NCBI GenBank assembly: GCA_036479435.1
Contig: JAZGFI010000090.1
Coordinates: 38,980-102,979 of the forward strand
From: Planctomycetota bacterium
GTDB lineage: Bacteria > Planctomycetota > GCA-002687715 > DRQF01
Direction: 5' to 3'
DNA: 64,000 nucleotides
Shown here: positions 12,185-21,428 of the stretch, one piece after another
How the letters are laid out: each line of letters begins with the position of its first letter
Position numbering within the stretch: position 1 is the stretch's first letter
Translations under genes and position numbers: made by a program
The notes under the pieces: model-generated
The model's input: the letters and a program-made list of their open reading frames with translations, nothing else
Told to the model about the DNA's origin: nothing
Database searches by the model: none

Positions 12185-13026
12185 AGCGTCGAGGCCACGT
12201 TCTCACCGTCATCTTGGGCCTGATGATTGTTGCGGCGATGGGCTGCCGGCAAGAGCCTAGCGAAGAAAAGCGAAGCATCGAAATTAATGGCTCTAGCTCC
12301 TTGGAACCAGCAATCCTTCACTGGATCAAGAACTATCCCAATGCCGCCGGGAGCAGCATTGACTGGAAAGACACGGGGAGTAACGACGCCATTCAATCCC
12401 TGATTAGGGGTGAGACTGATGTCGCGGCTTCAAGCCGTCGCATGACGTCCCGAGAGCGATTCCGCGTCCAAGAGCTGCGTGTCGCGGAAGCCACCGAGAC
12501 AATCGTCGCCTTAGGAGCCGTGGCGGTACTTGTTCATCCGTCGAACCCGGTTGATGCCCTTGATCTTGCCGCCCTGGCAAAGATCTATTCGGGGCAAGCC
12601 TCAAGCTGGTCTGAATTTGGCGGAAAGGACGCCGAGATCACCATTCACGGCCGTGACAAGTCCTCGGGCACTCGCGCGTTCTTTCAGAAGACCGTGCTCG
12701 GTGTGAGGCCCATCGCGGACTCCATGATCGATCACGAAGAGCACGCGGCGATCGTCGATGCGGTTGCCGCTGATCCCAACGCGGTTGGATTTGGACCTTT
12801 GCGCCGTCTTGAAGGCGTCAAAGTGCTCAAGGTCGGCACGGCGGATCGTGCCCCGGTAGGAGCTAATGCCGAGACTTTGAAATCGGGCGCCTACCCGCTT
12901 TCACGCTCGCTTTTCCTTTACTCGCGCAGTGATGTGGACTCCGTGGTACGCGAGTTCTTGAGCTACGTCATCAGCCCGGAGGGGCAAGCGGCACTGGGCC
13001 CTTTGGGGCTGCAACCAGCGCACTAA
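12181..13026 (+). CDS. PstS-family phosphate-binding lipoprotein
   Basis: Lipobox AMGC; GSSS, TGS, SSR, RDKSSGTR, YPLSRSLFLY; GTGA overlap with upstream gene. Confidence 0.85.
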   Translation: MKRRGHVLTVILGLMIVAAMGCRQEPSEEKRSIEINGSSSLEPAILHWIKNYPNAAGSSIDWKDTGSNDAIQSLIRGETDVAASSRRMTSRERFRVQELRVAEATETIVALGAVAVLVHPSNPVDALDLAALAKIYSGQASSWSEFGGKDAEITIHGRDKSSGTRAFFQKTVLGVRPIADSMIDHEEHAAIVDAVAADPNAVGFGPLRRLEGVKVLKVGTADRAPVGANAETLKSGAYPLSRSLFLYSRSDVDSVVREFLSYVISPEGQAALGPLGLQPAH

Positions 13027-13032
13027 GCCCAC

Positions 13033-13695
13033 CTAAGAGTCGCCGCAAAGGCGGATGACTTCCTCGACCAAGGTCTCAATCCCCGATGCAATGTCTTTGA
13101 TCGGGGCTTCGTACATGTAGGCGGGGCAGGTCACGATTTTTTTCTGCTCGTCGGTGACGGCTCCCTGCACGACGCAGTCTTTGTGCTGGGCTCCGAGTTT
13201 CTCTAGTTCGTTGGCGGTCGTGACGTCGTCGCCAATGGTTAAGAGCGGCTTGTCGTCCCCGAGAGCCAGGGCGAGAAGGGCCGGGGCGATACAGATGCCA
13301 CCGATGGGCTTTTTTTGCTCGTGCATCTCGTGGAGCAAGGTGGCCAGGCCGTCGTGAATATTCGCGGAGGCGCCCTCAATGCCAAAACTCGACAAGTTGA
13401 GCGCAGCCCCAAAACCGCCGGGAAGGATGAGGGCGTCGAGTTCGTTGGCGTTGGCTTTGGAAAGGTCTGAGATCTTGCCCCGGACAACGCGCGCTGATTC
13501 CGTCAAGACGTTTCGGCTCTCCGTCGTTAGCTCGCCGGTCAAGTGATTGCTGACCTGCCTCTGTTCAATGCTTGGGGCAAAGCAAAAGACCTCCGCTCCG
13601 GCGCGATCGAGCGCGAGCAGGGTGATGACGGATTCTGTGATCTCGGATCCGTCCAAATATCCGCATCCGGACAAAATGACTCCAACTTTCGGCAC
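13033..13695 (-). CDS. elbB: ElbB glyoxalase (DJ-1/PfpI family)
   Basis: VILSGCGYLDGSEI, RNVLTESAR, PGGFGAA, ICIAP, VTCPAYM. Confidence 0.92.
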   Translation of the reverse strand: MPKVGVILSGCGYLDGSEITESVITLLALDRAGAEVFCFAPSIEQRQVSNHLTGELTTESRNVLTESARVVRGKISDLSKANANELDALILPGGFGAALNLSSFGIEGASANIHDGLATLLHEMHEQKKPIGGICIAPALLALALGDDKPLLTIGDDVTTANELEKLGAQHKDCVVQGAVTDEQKKIVTCPAYMYEAPIKDIASGIETLVEEVIRLCGDS

Positions 13696-13739
13696 GTTGA
13701 CTCTCCTCAGTGATGATAATGGGGTATGGGGCGGCGGAC

Positions 13740-14024
13740 CTAGTCTTCGCTGTCGAATCCAAACTCATGGCCTTCGGTGGCTTCGCCGCCACTGAAGTCG
13801 AAATCGCCTTTTGAGGTCGCGTGTTCTAAGTCGGAGACCTTGCTCTGCAGTTTCTTGATCATGCGTTTGAAGATCTCGACGCTGCGGTCTTGCTCGACGA
13901 CGACTTCATTCAATTGGTCATAGCTTCGCGACAGGTGTGCAAGCTGTATCTCAAGCTCAGTGATGCGAGCGTTTGCAAGTTCGGCGGGCCGAGCGTCTTG
14001 ATCGCGTTCAGATGGGGCCGACAT
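13740..14024 (-). CDS. slyX: SlyX family protein
   Basis: RITELEIQLAH...QLNEVVVEQ coiled coil. Confidence 0.7.
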   Translation of the reverse strand: MSAPSERDQDARPAELANARITELEIQLAHLSRSYDQLNEVVVEQDRSVEIFKRMIKKLQSKVSDLEHATSKGDFDFSGGEATEGHEFGFDSED

Positions 14025-14127
14025 CGGCGCTCCTCAAGTCAAAACCTAGACGGCTTAAGGCTGCGAGGATAACACACTGGGCTGATCCGGCGTTGTGTTC
14101 TGATGCCGACACGGTCAACATGCAGGC

Positions 14128-14679
14128 ATGCCTATGAGCCGCCAAGAAAAACTAATTGTCGTCATCGTCGGTTTCTCCGTCCTTTCCTTGGTTGCATTTG
14201 TCCTCATTCTGTGGGCAGCGCGGCGCTTGTCCGAGCCGCCAGAGCCAGGGAGTGAGAGATTCGCATCGCACCTTGCGGAACTCGACAACTTCAATCGAGA
14301 TCATTCCGTCCCCGGCCCCGCCATGGCGCCAGACGAGGTTGTCCGGCGGATAGAGGGTTTTGGCTACGAGCTTGGCCGCGAGATCATCGCGGTGCAGGGA
14401 ATCGTCGTGACCGTCGTTGGCTTGAATCGACCGGGGAAGAGCCGCATGCCTAAGGGTGGGTCCGTACCCGCCGCGGCGGCCGGTCAAGGCGTGGATTTCG
14501 GGATTCGTGTGGTCCTCAGGGGCCTTAGTCGGACCTGGCTGAACTGCTATTTCGCGGAAGCGAGCCGCGAGCAACTACAGTTCCTCGAAGCTGGCGACGA
14601 AGTTCGGGTGCGCGGCGTCGTTGCCAAATGGCACGACAAGATCGGCCTGCATTTGTGCCGAATCGCAACCAAAGACTGA
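14128..14679 (+). CDS. Membrane-anchored OB-fold-like protein
   Basis: N-terminal TM helix; C-terminal CYF...LEAGDEVRVRG pattern. Confidence 0.55.
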   Translation: MPMSRQEKLIVVIVGFSVLSLVAFVLILWAARRLSEPPEPGSERFASHLAELDNFNRDHSVPGPAMAPDEVVRRIEGFGYELGREIIAVQGIVVTVVGLNRPGKSRMPKGGSVPAAAAGQGVDFGIRVVLRGLSRTWLNCYFAEASREQLQFLEAGDEVRVRGVVAKWHDKIGLHLCRIATKD

Positions 14680-14698
14680 TCTCGCGAATTGCGGTCAG

Positions 14699-15421
14699 CT
14701 AGCCGACGTCGTCGATCGAATCGACGGTGCGCGCGCCAAAGTAGACTTCTTCGGGACGCTTGCTTCGTTTAACGAACAGCATGACCCAGATCAGAAACGA
14801 GTATAAAGCGGCCACGCCCACGATCTGGTACCAAGGGCTCAAGCCCGTGAGGCGCAGCGTGGCGAGAAGATTTGGCATCACGTCCGTCTTTTCCAAGACG
14901 TCGATTTGGGTTTGGCGCACTTTGATGACCCAAGCGACCAACAGCACCAAAAAGAGTAAGCAGTAATTGCTCATGAGCCGCGCGCGGATCGCGCGCAGAA
15001 AACTGATCTTATAGGTCGGTGTCAGAAGATCTTCGGCAACGTAGAAACCCCAGTTCTCGACCGGGCTGGTCAGGTCACGGCGGAGAATCGGAACGTAGAA
15101 GTTCTCCTCAATGCGCCGTACTCGGTTGCGCCAAGCGTCGTAAAAACGAAATCGGCGGCCTTCTAAATAGAGCATGGTGAAGACCATGTACATGCCCAAG
15201 ACGAGCACAATGAGGCTATCCGCAGGGGAATGGCTAAAGGCGTAGGACAATAGCGCGCCGATGGAAATAACCGCCCAGTTGGTCGTGACATCAAGGCGCG
15301 TGCGCCAAACTTGAGCCCGATGCTGTTCGCCACGATAAAGATGCACCATCGCCGAAATGTACTCGGCGCGAGAAAGAGGTACTTCTTCGAAACTCGATTC
15401 GTCGTGAGGTCTCGCCATCAT
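14699..15421 (-). CDS. DUF2270-family membrane protein
   Basis: HLYRGE, WRTRLDVTTNWAV, EGRRFRFYD. Confidence 0.85.
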   Translation of the reverse strand: MMARPHDESSFEEVPLSRAEYISAMVHLYRGEQHRAQVWRTRLDVTTNWAVISIGALLSYAFSHSPADSLIVLVLGMYMVFTMLYLEGRRFRFYDAWRNRVRRIEENFYVPILRRDLTSPVENWGFYVAEDLLTPTYKISFLRAIRARLMSNYCLLFLVLLVAWVIKVRQTQIDVLEKTDVMPNLLATLRLTGLSPWYQIVGVAALYSFLIWVMLFVKRSKRPEEVYFGARTVDSIDDVG

Positions 15422-15483
15422 GGCTCCTAGTGACCCGAATCATGGCTGGGTCTAGCACGAGCGTAGCAGGCAGCCCTCGCGAT

Positions 15484-15993
15484 TCAACGAGAGTCGGGAT
15501 CTGATGCGCTCGCCTGATCTTGTCGATTGGGGGCCGAAAGCTGCCGCCATGCTTCCCAGGCCACAATGCCGACTGCGGTTGCGAGATTGAGGCTGCGAAT
15601 CGGACCGGGCTGGTCAATACGCAGCCTCGCAGCCCCGAAGTCGCGATGAATCTCGGGGGGGAGGCCCCGAGATTCGCTCCCGAACGCCAAAACATCGTCG
15701 GGTTGGAAGGTGAATTGGCTGAGAGCTGTTTCGCCTTGGGTGGTCACCGCGACGAGACGTCTGTTGCCGGCAGATTCGAGCAAATGCCACACGCTGGCTT
15801 GCCGAAAGAGCTGCACCGCGTCCCAATAGTCGAGCCCCGCCCGGCGTAAAGCCTTGTCCGACATGCCAAACGCTGGTTCGCCCACGATGTGGAGGGGGAC
15901 TTCGTAGGCCGCGCTGATCCGAGCCGCATTACCGGTGTTGGGGGCGATTTCAGGCTCGAAAAGGGCCAAGTGAAAAAGCGGAGATTTCGCCAT
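15484..15993 (-). CDS. trmL: tRNA (cytidine/uridine-34 2'-O)-methyltransferase TrmL (SPOUT)
   Basis: EPEIAPNTGN, LRRAGLDYW, FGSESRGLP, RSLNLA. Confidence 0.93.
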   Translation of the reverse strand: MAKSPLFHLALFEPEIAPNTGNAARISAAYEVPLHIVGEPAFGMSDKALRRAGLDYWDAVQLFRQASVWHLLESAGNRRLVAVTTQGETALSQFTFQPDDVLAFGSESRGLPPEIHRDFGAARLRIDQPGPIRSLNLATAVGIVAWEAWRQLSAPNRQDQASASDPDSR

Positions 15994-16013
15994 GTCGTCA
16001 ACCAGCTCCACGC

Positions 16014-16042
16014 TTGAATTCGCTCTCTCTGTCTCCTATCCT
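16014..16042 (+). promoter_or_regulatory. Sigma70-like promoter of tRNA-Ala
   Basis: TTGAAT-N17-TATCCT, 10 nt upstream of the tRNA. Confidence 0.55.
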
Positions 16043-16052
16043 CTCCCCCTAT

Positions 16053-16125
16053 GGGGACGTAGCTCAATTGGGAGAGCGTCACGTTCGCAACGTGAAGGTC
16101 GTCGGTTCGATCCCGATCGTCTCCA
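16053..16125 (+). tRNA. tRNA-Ala(CGC)
   Basis: Cloverleaf; acceptor GGGGACG/CGTCTCC with G3:U70; anticodon loop TTCGCAA; CCA not encoded. Confidence 0.97.
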
Positions 16126-16160
16126 CTTTAGGCCGCGAGGAATCGCGGGCCGAGATACTG

Positions 16161-16201
16161 ACCGCCGTGGGCTGTGAAACAGCTGCGGCGGTTTCTTTTT
16201 T
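16161..16201 (+). terminator. Terminator after tRNA-Ala
   Basis: ACCGCCG...CGGCGGT stem followed by a T-run. Confidence 0.7.
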
Positions 16202-16216
16202 GCTGCGGCCAGTGAA

Positions 16217-16942
16217 TCAATCGCGGCCGTTTTTCTCCTGCCCTCCGGGGATGTTCCCGCTCACGTACAAGGGAAGGTCGACAGCCTCGATTGCGGCGAC
16301 CCCCGCGATCTGGGTGGTCAAGGCTTGGAGCAACAAAGCGCTCGCCGCAGTACTGGCGGACCCCGCGCGCCGCTGAGGGTCGGGACCGATCTTCACCAGA
16401 GTGTCGCCATAGGGACTGAGATTGTTGAGATTCAGGTGCGCCACCTCGCGCAGTCGCTGCCTGGAGGGGTGTCGGGAGTCGAGCGCTTCGTCGTAGGCGA
16501 AGCTGGAGATGCTGACGACGAAGGCTCCGCTGTCGCGTCCGGCCTTGGCCGCGTCCACCGGCGCGGCATTTACGCCGCTCGTCGAGACCACGATCAAAGA
16601 GTCACGCGCTCCGAGACCCTTGGCCTCCACGAGTTTGTTTGCCCAGCCCGGTTTTTTCTCATGATCCGAAGTTGCCGCCACCGGTTCGTGATCTAGGGTA
16701 ACCCGCGAATCAAAGAGAAACACAGCGGCCTTAAGGCCTCCGGCCCGGTAGTAGATGTCTTGCCCCGCCAAACCGGAGTGTCCGCAACCAAAAACAAACA
16801 GCCGACCACCCTCGCTCAGGCGGCTGCTGATCTCCTCTGATGCCTGGTCCAGAGCCTCGGCATTGCTGCCCTCCAGTGCACTCAGTTGCTCCAAGGCCGC
16901 GGTGAAGAATGCCGTTCGAAATCGTTCGCCGCTCATCTTCAA
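16217..16942 (-). CDS. SIS-domain sugar isomerase-like protein
   Basis: FVFGCGHS, YYRAGGL, VSTSGVNAAPVD, SGNIPGG. Confidence 0.88.
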   Translation of the reverse strand: MKMSGERFRTAFFTAALEQLSALEGSNAEALDQASEEISSRLSEGGRLFVFGCGHSGLAGQDIYYRAGGLKAAVFLFDSRVTLDHEPVAATSDHEKKPGWANKLVEAKGLGARDSLIVVSTSGVNAAPVDAAKAGRDSGAFVVSISSFAYDEALDSRHPSRQRLREVAHLNLNNLSPYGDTLVKIGPDPQRRAGSASTAASALLLQALTTQIAGVAAIEAVDLPLYVSGNIPGGQEKNGRD

Positions 16943-17685
16943 ATCCCTCGTTCGTGATAAAGCCGTTCTTGTTCGGCGTTGAATTGAAAGCCTTCCGGGA
17001 GATTGACGCTCTTATAAATCGCAGGTTTTAGGCCGCGAGCGACCAGGGCTTCTGCGATCTCGACCATCAGCGACCACAAGGCCACGGCGGTGAGGACTCC
17101 TGAACTGGCACCGACTTTGGCATCTAGACCGTTGATCTCAATCAAGGCGTCGCCGAAAGGAGAACCCATGTCCACGACGGCATCGGCGACCTCAAACAAG
17201 CGTTTGCCACTGCTGTGTCTTGGCTCGAGCGTTTTTGAAAACGCAACGGAAGTAAGAACGATGAGCTTGAGGCCGCGTTTTTTGGCCTCCAATCCGACGC
17301 CGACCGTAAAGGGCTCTTTGCCGGAGTTTGAGACTTGGATCAAGACGTCACCGCGGCGGACATGGCTTTTGTCGAGTAGCAGAGCGGCCAAGTCTTCGCG
17401 GTCGTAAAAGTACTTTTGGCGAATCAGGTCGAGACTGGCTTCGCGCCCTGGCGGCAGCCGGTGCTCCGCTTCGACTCTCAATTCTAAGTGGTGAAGGCCC
17501 AAGAATCCGCCGGCGCGGCGGATCGGTTCCTCCTTCATATGGCCGGTGTCGAAGTGGTGCATTGCACCTTTTTCGGCCACACAATCTGCGGCGATGGTGG
17601 CAGCGCGGGTTAGCGCCTCTCCCTCGCGGCTCGCGAAGTCTTCGATCAACGAACCAATGTCGCTTAAGTACTTAAGGCCGAGCAT
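16939..17685 (-). CDS. SIS-domain sugar isomerase-like protein (paralog)
   Basis: FDTGH, RRAGG, VSNSGKE, HSSGKRLFEVAD, SVNLPEG. Confidence 0.88.
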   Translation of the reverse strand: MLGLKYLSDIGSLIEDFASREGEALTRAATIAADCVAEKGAMHHFDTGHMKEEPIRRAGGFLGLHHLELRVEAEHRLPPGREASLDLIRQKYFYDREDLAALLLDKSHVRRGDVLIQVSNSGKEPFTVGVGLEAKKRGLKLIVLTSVAFSKTLEPRHSSGKRLFEVADAVVDMGSPFGDALIEINGLDAKVGASSGVLTAVALWSLMVEIAEALVARGLKPAIYKSVNLPEGFQFNAEQERLYHERGI

Positions 17686-17984
17686 GTGGAGTTTCCTTTT
17701 CCTTTTTCACCATGATTGCAGGGGGCTCTGACTGCCGCGAGCGCGGCGGGGATTTTCATTCATGTTCAGGCCTTTTGATCTTGGGCCGATACATGGGACT
17801 GAGTTGATTCCTCCGCGTACCCAAAGCCGAGCCAAAACTCACCAGACAATTCGCAGATACGGGAAGGACGCTAAGAGTCCTTTATCTCCCCTTCGCTATG
17901 GCGAGGACGGTTTGCTTCCCGCGTCGACCTGACTTTCGACCGCGTATCGGCGTCTGCAAGGACGCCGACCCAAGGAGCGTCCGT

Positions 17985-20540
17985 ATGAACCAAAGTCCAC
18001 GTGCACTATGGCTTTTCTTTGTCGCCACCGTGTTCAGCGTTGGCATCACTTCGAGTGCCGTGCAAGCGCAAGACCTCGGGATTCCCGTCAACGTTGAGAA
18101 TCCGACGGATGTGGATCGGTTCAATGAACCGGTCGCTTCAGGCTCTGCGGTGCCACCGAGTGCCAACCTCTACGATCCCAACCTCGTGCTGCGGATGGTC
18201 GATTCTGCGGGACAGCCGGTTCCGGTAGAATTCAATGTTCTGTCACGCTGGCACGGCAAGCGCGAAGACGTCACGAAGACCGCCAAGTGGGCCTTGATTA
18301 AATTCCTGGCCGACGTTCCGGCAAATCAAATCGCGACCTATTACATCCAGTTTGGCGCCAGAGCCACTGGCTCGATTACCAGGGACGACTCCGCGACTGA
18401 GATTCAGGTGAACACGGGCACGGCGGAGTTTGTGATCGACAAACAAAGCTTCAGCTTCCTGAAGAGTGTCAAAGTCGGGGCGACGATCGTCACCGGCGCT
18501 CCCGGGAGAGTCGATGTTCGCGACACGGCGGGCAACCTTTTGGACCTTTCGCTTGCTTCAACGGTCGTTGAAGACGCCGGCGACGTGCGCACCGTCGTTC
18601 GTCAAAAAGGCAGCATCACCGGGCTTGGGCTTGATTTTACGATCCGCTACTTCTTTTGGAGCGGTCGCAGCGACGTCAAAGTCGAATTCAGGCTCGAGAA
18701 CCAAGGTTCCTACGGTGAAGTCTACGGCATGGGTTCTTCCATCCAGCACGCCTGGTTCGAGGATGTGAACCTCACCTTGACGCTCAATCAAGACGACGGA
18801 GACATTGTGACAAGCGAACAAGACATCGCGAGTCAAGGAGCGGCCTTCGAACTGCGTCAAGACTTCGGTCAAACAACCAGCAACTTGGACATGCTTTCTG
18901 GATTCAAGTACAGCCAGACCCTGTCGGGAGTGGCTCTTTCTGGTGGTGGTCGTTATTCCGGCGCTTTGGCGCTCAATGGATCCACCGCCAGCATTGGGGT
19001 TGCTGTCGATCGTTTTTGGCAGAACTTTCCGAAGTCCTTGTCGAGCAACGCGGATGAGATCTCGGTAGGCCTGTGGCCGGCGTTTGGTAGCGGCCCAGTG
19101 TACTACGGGCAGTGGGGAACTCCTGCCTCGGCAAACATCGACGTCGTGGCCGATGACTTTTACCGATTTGAAGGCGGTCGTTGGAAAACATACGTCGTCA
19201 ACATCGACTTCAAAGTTGCCGGCAATTTCTCACCTTCGGACGTCGCGGCTTCGGCGAAGCGCATCAACAAACCGCTCATGGCCTTGCTGCCGCTGGGATG
19301 GCCGTTTCGCTTTTTCGCCTTCGGGCATCCTTTGATCGAGCGGCGCGAATGGAACGACACTGCCCGAGATCGTTACGAACAGATCGTTCAAGTCCTCGCT
19401 GATGATGACGCGGCTGACGACAGCCCGCTGGGAAAGATCGGCCTTCCGGAGTTCCGCAATCGTGGAGGCACCTACGGGGGCGGGCAGTTCTTTGGATGGA
19501 CCAACTTCGGCGACTTGATTTGGGGTGACGGCTACTGCTCAAACCACTACGACCTACCTTGGTCAATTCTCATTAACTACTACCGCACTGGCGACTACAA
19601 GTTCTTCGATGTCGGTCGCGATATTGCCAACCACCGTCGCGACTACGACCAGTTTCACTCGACCGACCCGTCGATCTATCGCCGCGGCGGCCAGTTCTAC
19701 GAGAAGGGTTGGACCCACGGGAACTTCCGTTCGCCAACCCACACTCACACTTGGGTGAACGGCCTGTTGATCAAGTACATTCTGACCGGAGACGAAGGCG
19801 CCCGCGAGGCGGCCCTTGAAGTCGGCGACTTTCTCGTGCGAGGCGATCCTGGCAACTGGGATGGAGTGTGGGGGGCGCGAATTCTCGGCTGGGAAGTCGA
19901 AGGCCTCATGAACCTCTACAACTACATCGGCGATCCGGTCTACTTGCAGACGGCTCAAGAGGGTGTCGCCCAATGGGAAGTCCTCGAACTGTCCTTCGGT
20001 GGTGGCGGCTACGTCCTCAACAACGGTTGGTCGACGCCCACGAACCAATCATGGATGCACGCCATCGTGCTTTCCGCGATCGGCAAGTACTACCTCACGA
20101 CGCTTGATCCCTCGGTTTTGCCGGTGATGCAGCGCATGGCAGATTGGTTTTTGGTGCATGCGGTCGCTGAGTTGCCCACGGGAGCGTGGAACAACCGAAC
20201 GACAGGGAAGATCTGGGAGTTCTATGACGGGACCGACCACTGGGGAGCGAGCGTCCACCATCAGTGGGCGGTGATCGATGCCCTGGGCTACGCCGCGGTC
20301 GCCTTGCACGACCAGAACTTTATGATGGTCTCCCAGTCGCTCTTCGAGAGTGTCACGCGTTACTTCCAAGGCAGTTCCGGCGATTCGTCGCCGAAAAACT
20401 ACTGGGATTCGGACAGCTTCTCGGCAATTTCTTTCAAGCCCGCGCAGTTTGCAACGTCGGAGACCAAGGCCCTGAGCAACATGGCTCTATGGGGTCAATC
20501 CCATCTCGCCTTTGAGGCGCTCTGGGAGGGCTACTTCTAA
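17985..20540 (+). CDS. Large secreted protein, exo-rhamnogalacturonan lyase (PcRGLX/YetA)-like
   Basis: Signal peptide ending VQA; FWQNFPK, FGWTNFGD, SNHYD, alpha-helical C-terminal region; AAGGAG RBS. Confidence 0.6.
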   Translation: MNQSPRALWLFFVATVFSVGITSSAVQAQDLGIPVNVENPTDVDRFNEPVASGSAVPPSANLYDPNLVLRMVDSAGQPVPVEFNVLSRWHGKREDVTKTAKWALIKFLADVPANQIATYYIQFGARATGSITRDDSATEIQVNTGTAEFVIDKQSFSFLKSVKVGATIVTGAPGRVDVRDTAGNLLDLSLASTVVEDAGDVRTVVRQKGSITGLGLDFTIRYFFWSGRSDVKVEFRLENQGSYGEVYGMGSSIQHAWFEDVNLTLTLNQDDGDIVTSEQDIASQGAAFELRQDFGQTTSNLDMLSGFKYSQTLSGVALSGGGRYSGALALNGSTASIGVAVDRFWQNFPKSLSSNADEISVGLWPAFGSGPVYYGQWGTPASANIDVVADDFYRFEGGRWKTYVVNIDFKVAGNFSPSDVAASAKRINKPLMALLPLGWPFRFFAFGHPLIERREWNDTARDRYEQIVQVLADDDAADDSPLGKIGLPEFRNRGGTYGGGQFFGWTNFGDLIWGDGYCSNHYDLPWSILINYYRTGDYKFFDVGRDIANHRRDYDQFHSTDPSIYRRGGQFYEKGWTHGNFRSPTHTHTWVNGLLIKYILTGDEGAREAALEVGDFLVRGDPGNWDGVWGARILGWEVEGLMNLYNYIGDPVYLQTAQEGVAQWEVLELSFGGGGYVLNNGWSTPTNQSWMHAIVLSAIGKYYLTTLDPSVLPVMQRMADWFLVHAVAELPTGAWNNRTTGKIWEFYDGTDHWGASVHHQWAVIDALGYAAVALHDQNFMMVSQSLFESVTRYFQGSSGDSSPKNYWDSDSFSAISFKPAQFATSETKALSNMALWGQSHLAFEALWEGYF

Positions 20541-20632
20541 TCGAGCCGCATGAGCTGATTAGACCCAAAACCGCAATATAAATTGGATCGGTCTGGTGCC
20601 TGGGGGGGATTTCTGGGCCGACCATATTTATC

Positions 20633-20666
20633 GGCCGCGAGCTTGTAGCTCGCGGCCACTTTTTTT
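20633..20666 (+). terminator. Intrinsic terminator
   Basis: GGCCGCGAGC-ttgta-GCTCGCGGCC followed by a T-run. Confidence 0.85.
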
Positions 20667-20698
20667 GCTCACCGCCTTTGGCGTGCTAAGACTCCTCT

Positions 20699-21340
20699 AT
20701 GCCCAGTATTAAGAGTCGAATCCGCGGCGGCGAAACCGCGATCCTTGAGTACAAAAAGACTTGCCCCACACCTCGTAAACTCGCGCGGGTCATCGCGGCT
20801 TTTGCCAATGGTGCTGGCGGTGAGATCGTCGTGGGCATCTCCGACCAGGCCGAGATCCTTGGTGTTGAGGACCCTGAGGCCGAGATCAACTCCATCGAGA
20901 CTGCGCTCGAGTACTTAGAGCCCAAACCCGAATTGAAAATCGAGACCGTCGTGCACGAGTTGCGCGACCTCGTTTTTGTCACCGTCGCCGCGCGTGATGA
21001 CTTGAAATTCGTTGAACTCTTCGACGACAATCCCAAAAAAGGCCTCGTCTACGTCCGTGTCTTTTCCGAGACGCGGCCCTTGGATCGCGACATCGTCAAA
21101 GACGCGATTCGGCTCCGCCGGCGTTACGGCGGAGACCCGCGTCTATCCGCTGACGAGCTAAAACTCGTCACTTGGCTTTGGACCAATGGCGAAGCCAAAG
21201 AGCCCGTATGTGCCGGCAAGTTCAACTTTTCAGATCGCCGGCTCAGAAAGCTCGCCGAGACCTGCATCGGTAAGGGCCTCGTTATCCACTGCCGCAGTGC
21301 TGATGGCCGCACTTACATCGGTCTTAGACCCGGCACCTAA
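20699..21340 (+). CDS. AlbA_2/Schlafen-domain protein with putative C-terminal HTH
   Basis: GETAILEYK, IAAFANGAGGEIVVGISD, ILGV. Confidence 0.8.
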   Translation: MPSIKSRIRGGETAILEYKKTCPTPRKLARVIAAFANGAGGEIVVGISDQAEILGVEDPEAEINSIETALEYLEPKPELKIETVVHELRDLVFVTVAARDDLKFVELFDDNPKKGLVYVRVFSETRPLDRDIVKDAIRLRRRYGGDPRLSADELKLVTWLWTNGEAKEPVCAGKFNFSDRRLRKLAETCIGKGLVIHCRSADGRTYIGLRPGT

Positions 21341-21428
21341 GCCTCTTTTTCGCCAAGGCCTCGGCGAAGCTCTTTTCCGCTTGCGGTTAGAGATTTAGAG
21401 CCACCCTGATGCTGTCATTCGGGTATAC

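Noticed and set aside
20699..21340. AlbA_2/Schlafen protein as a defence effector
   Set aside because: Solitary, outside the island and without partner genes; no support beyond the domain itself.
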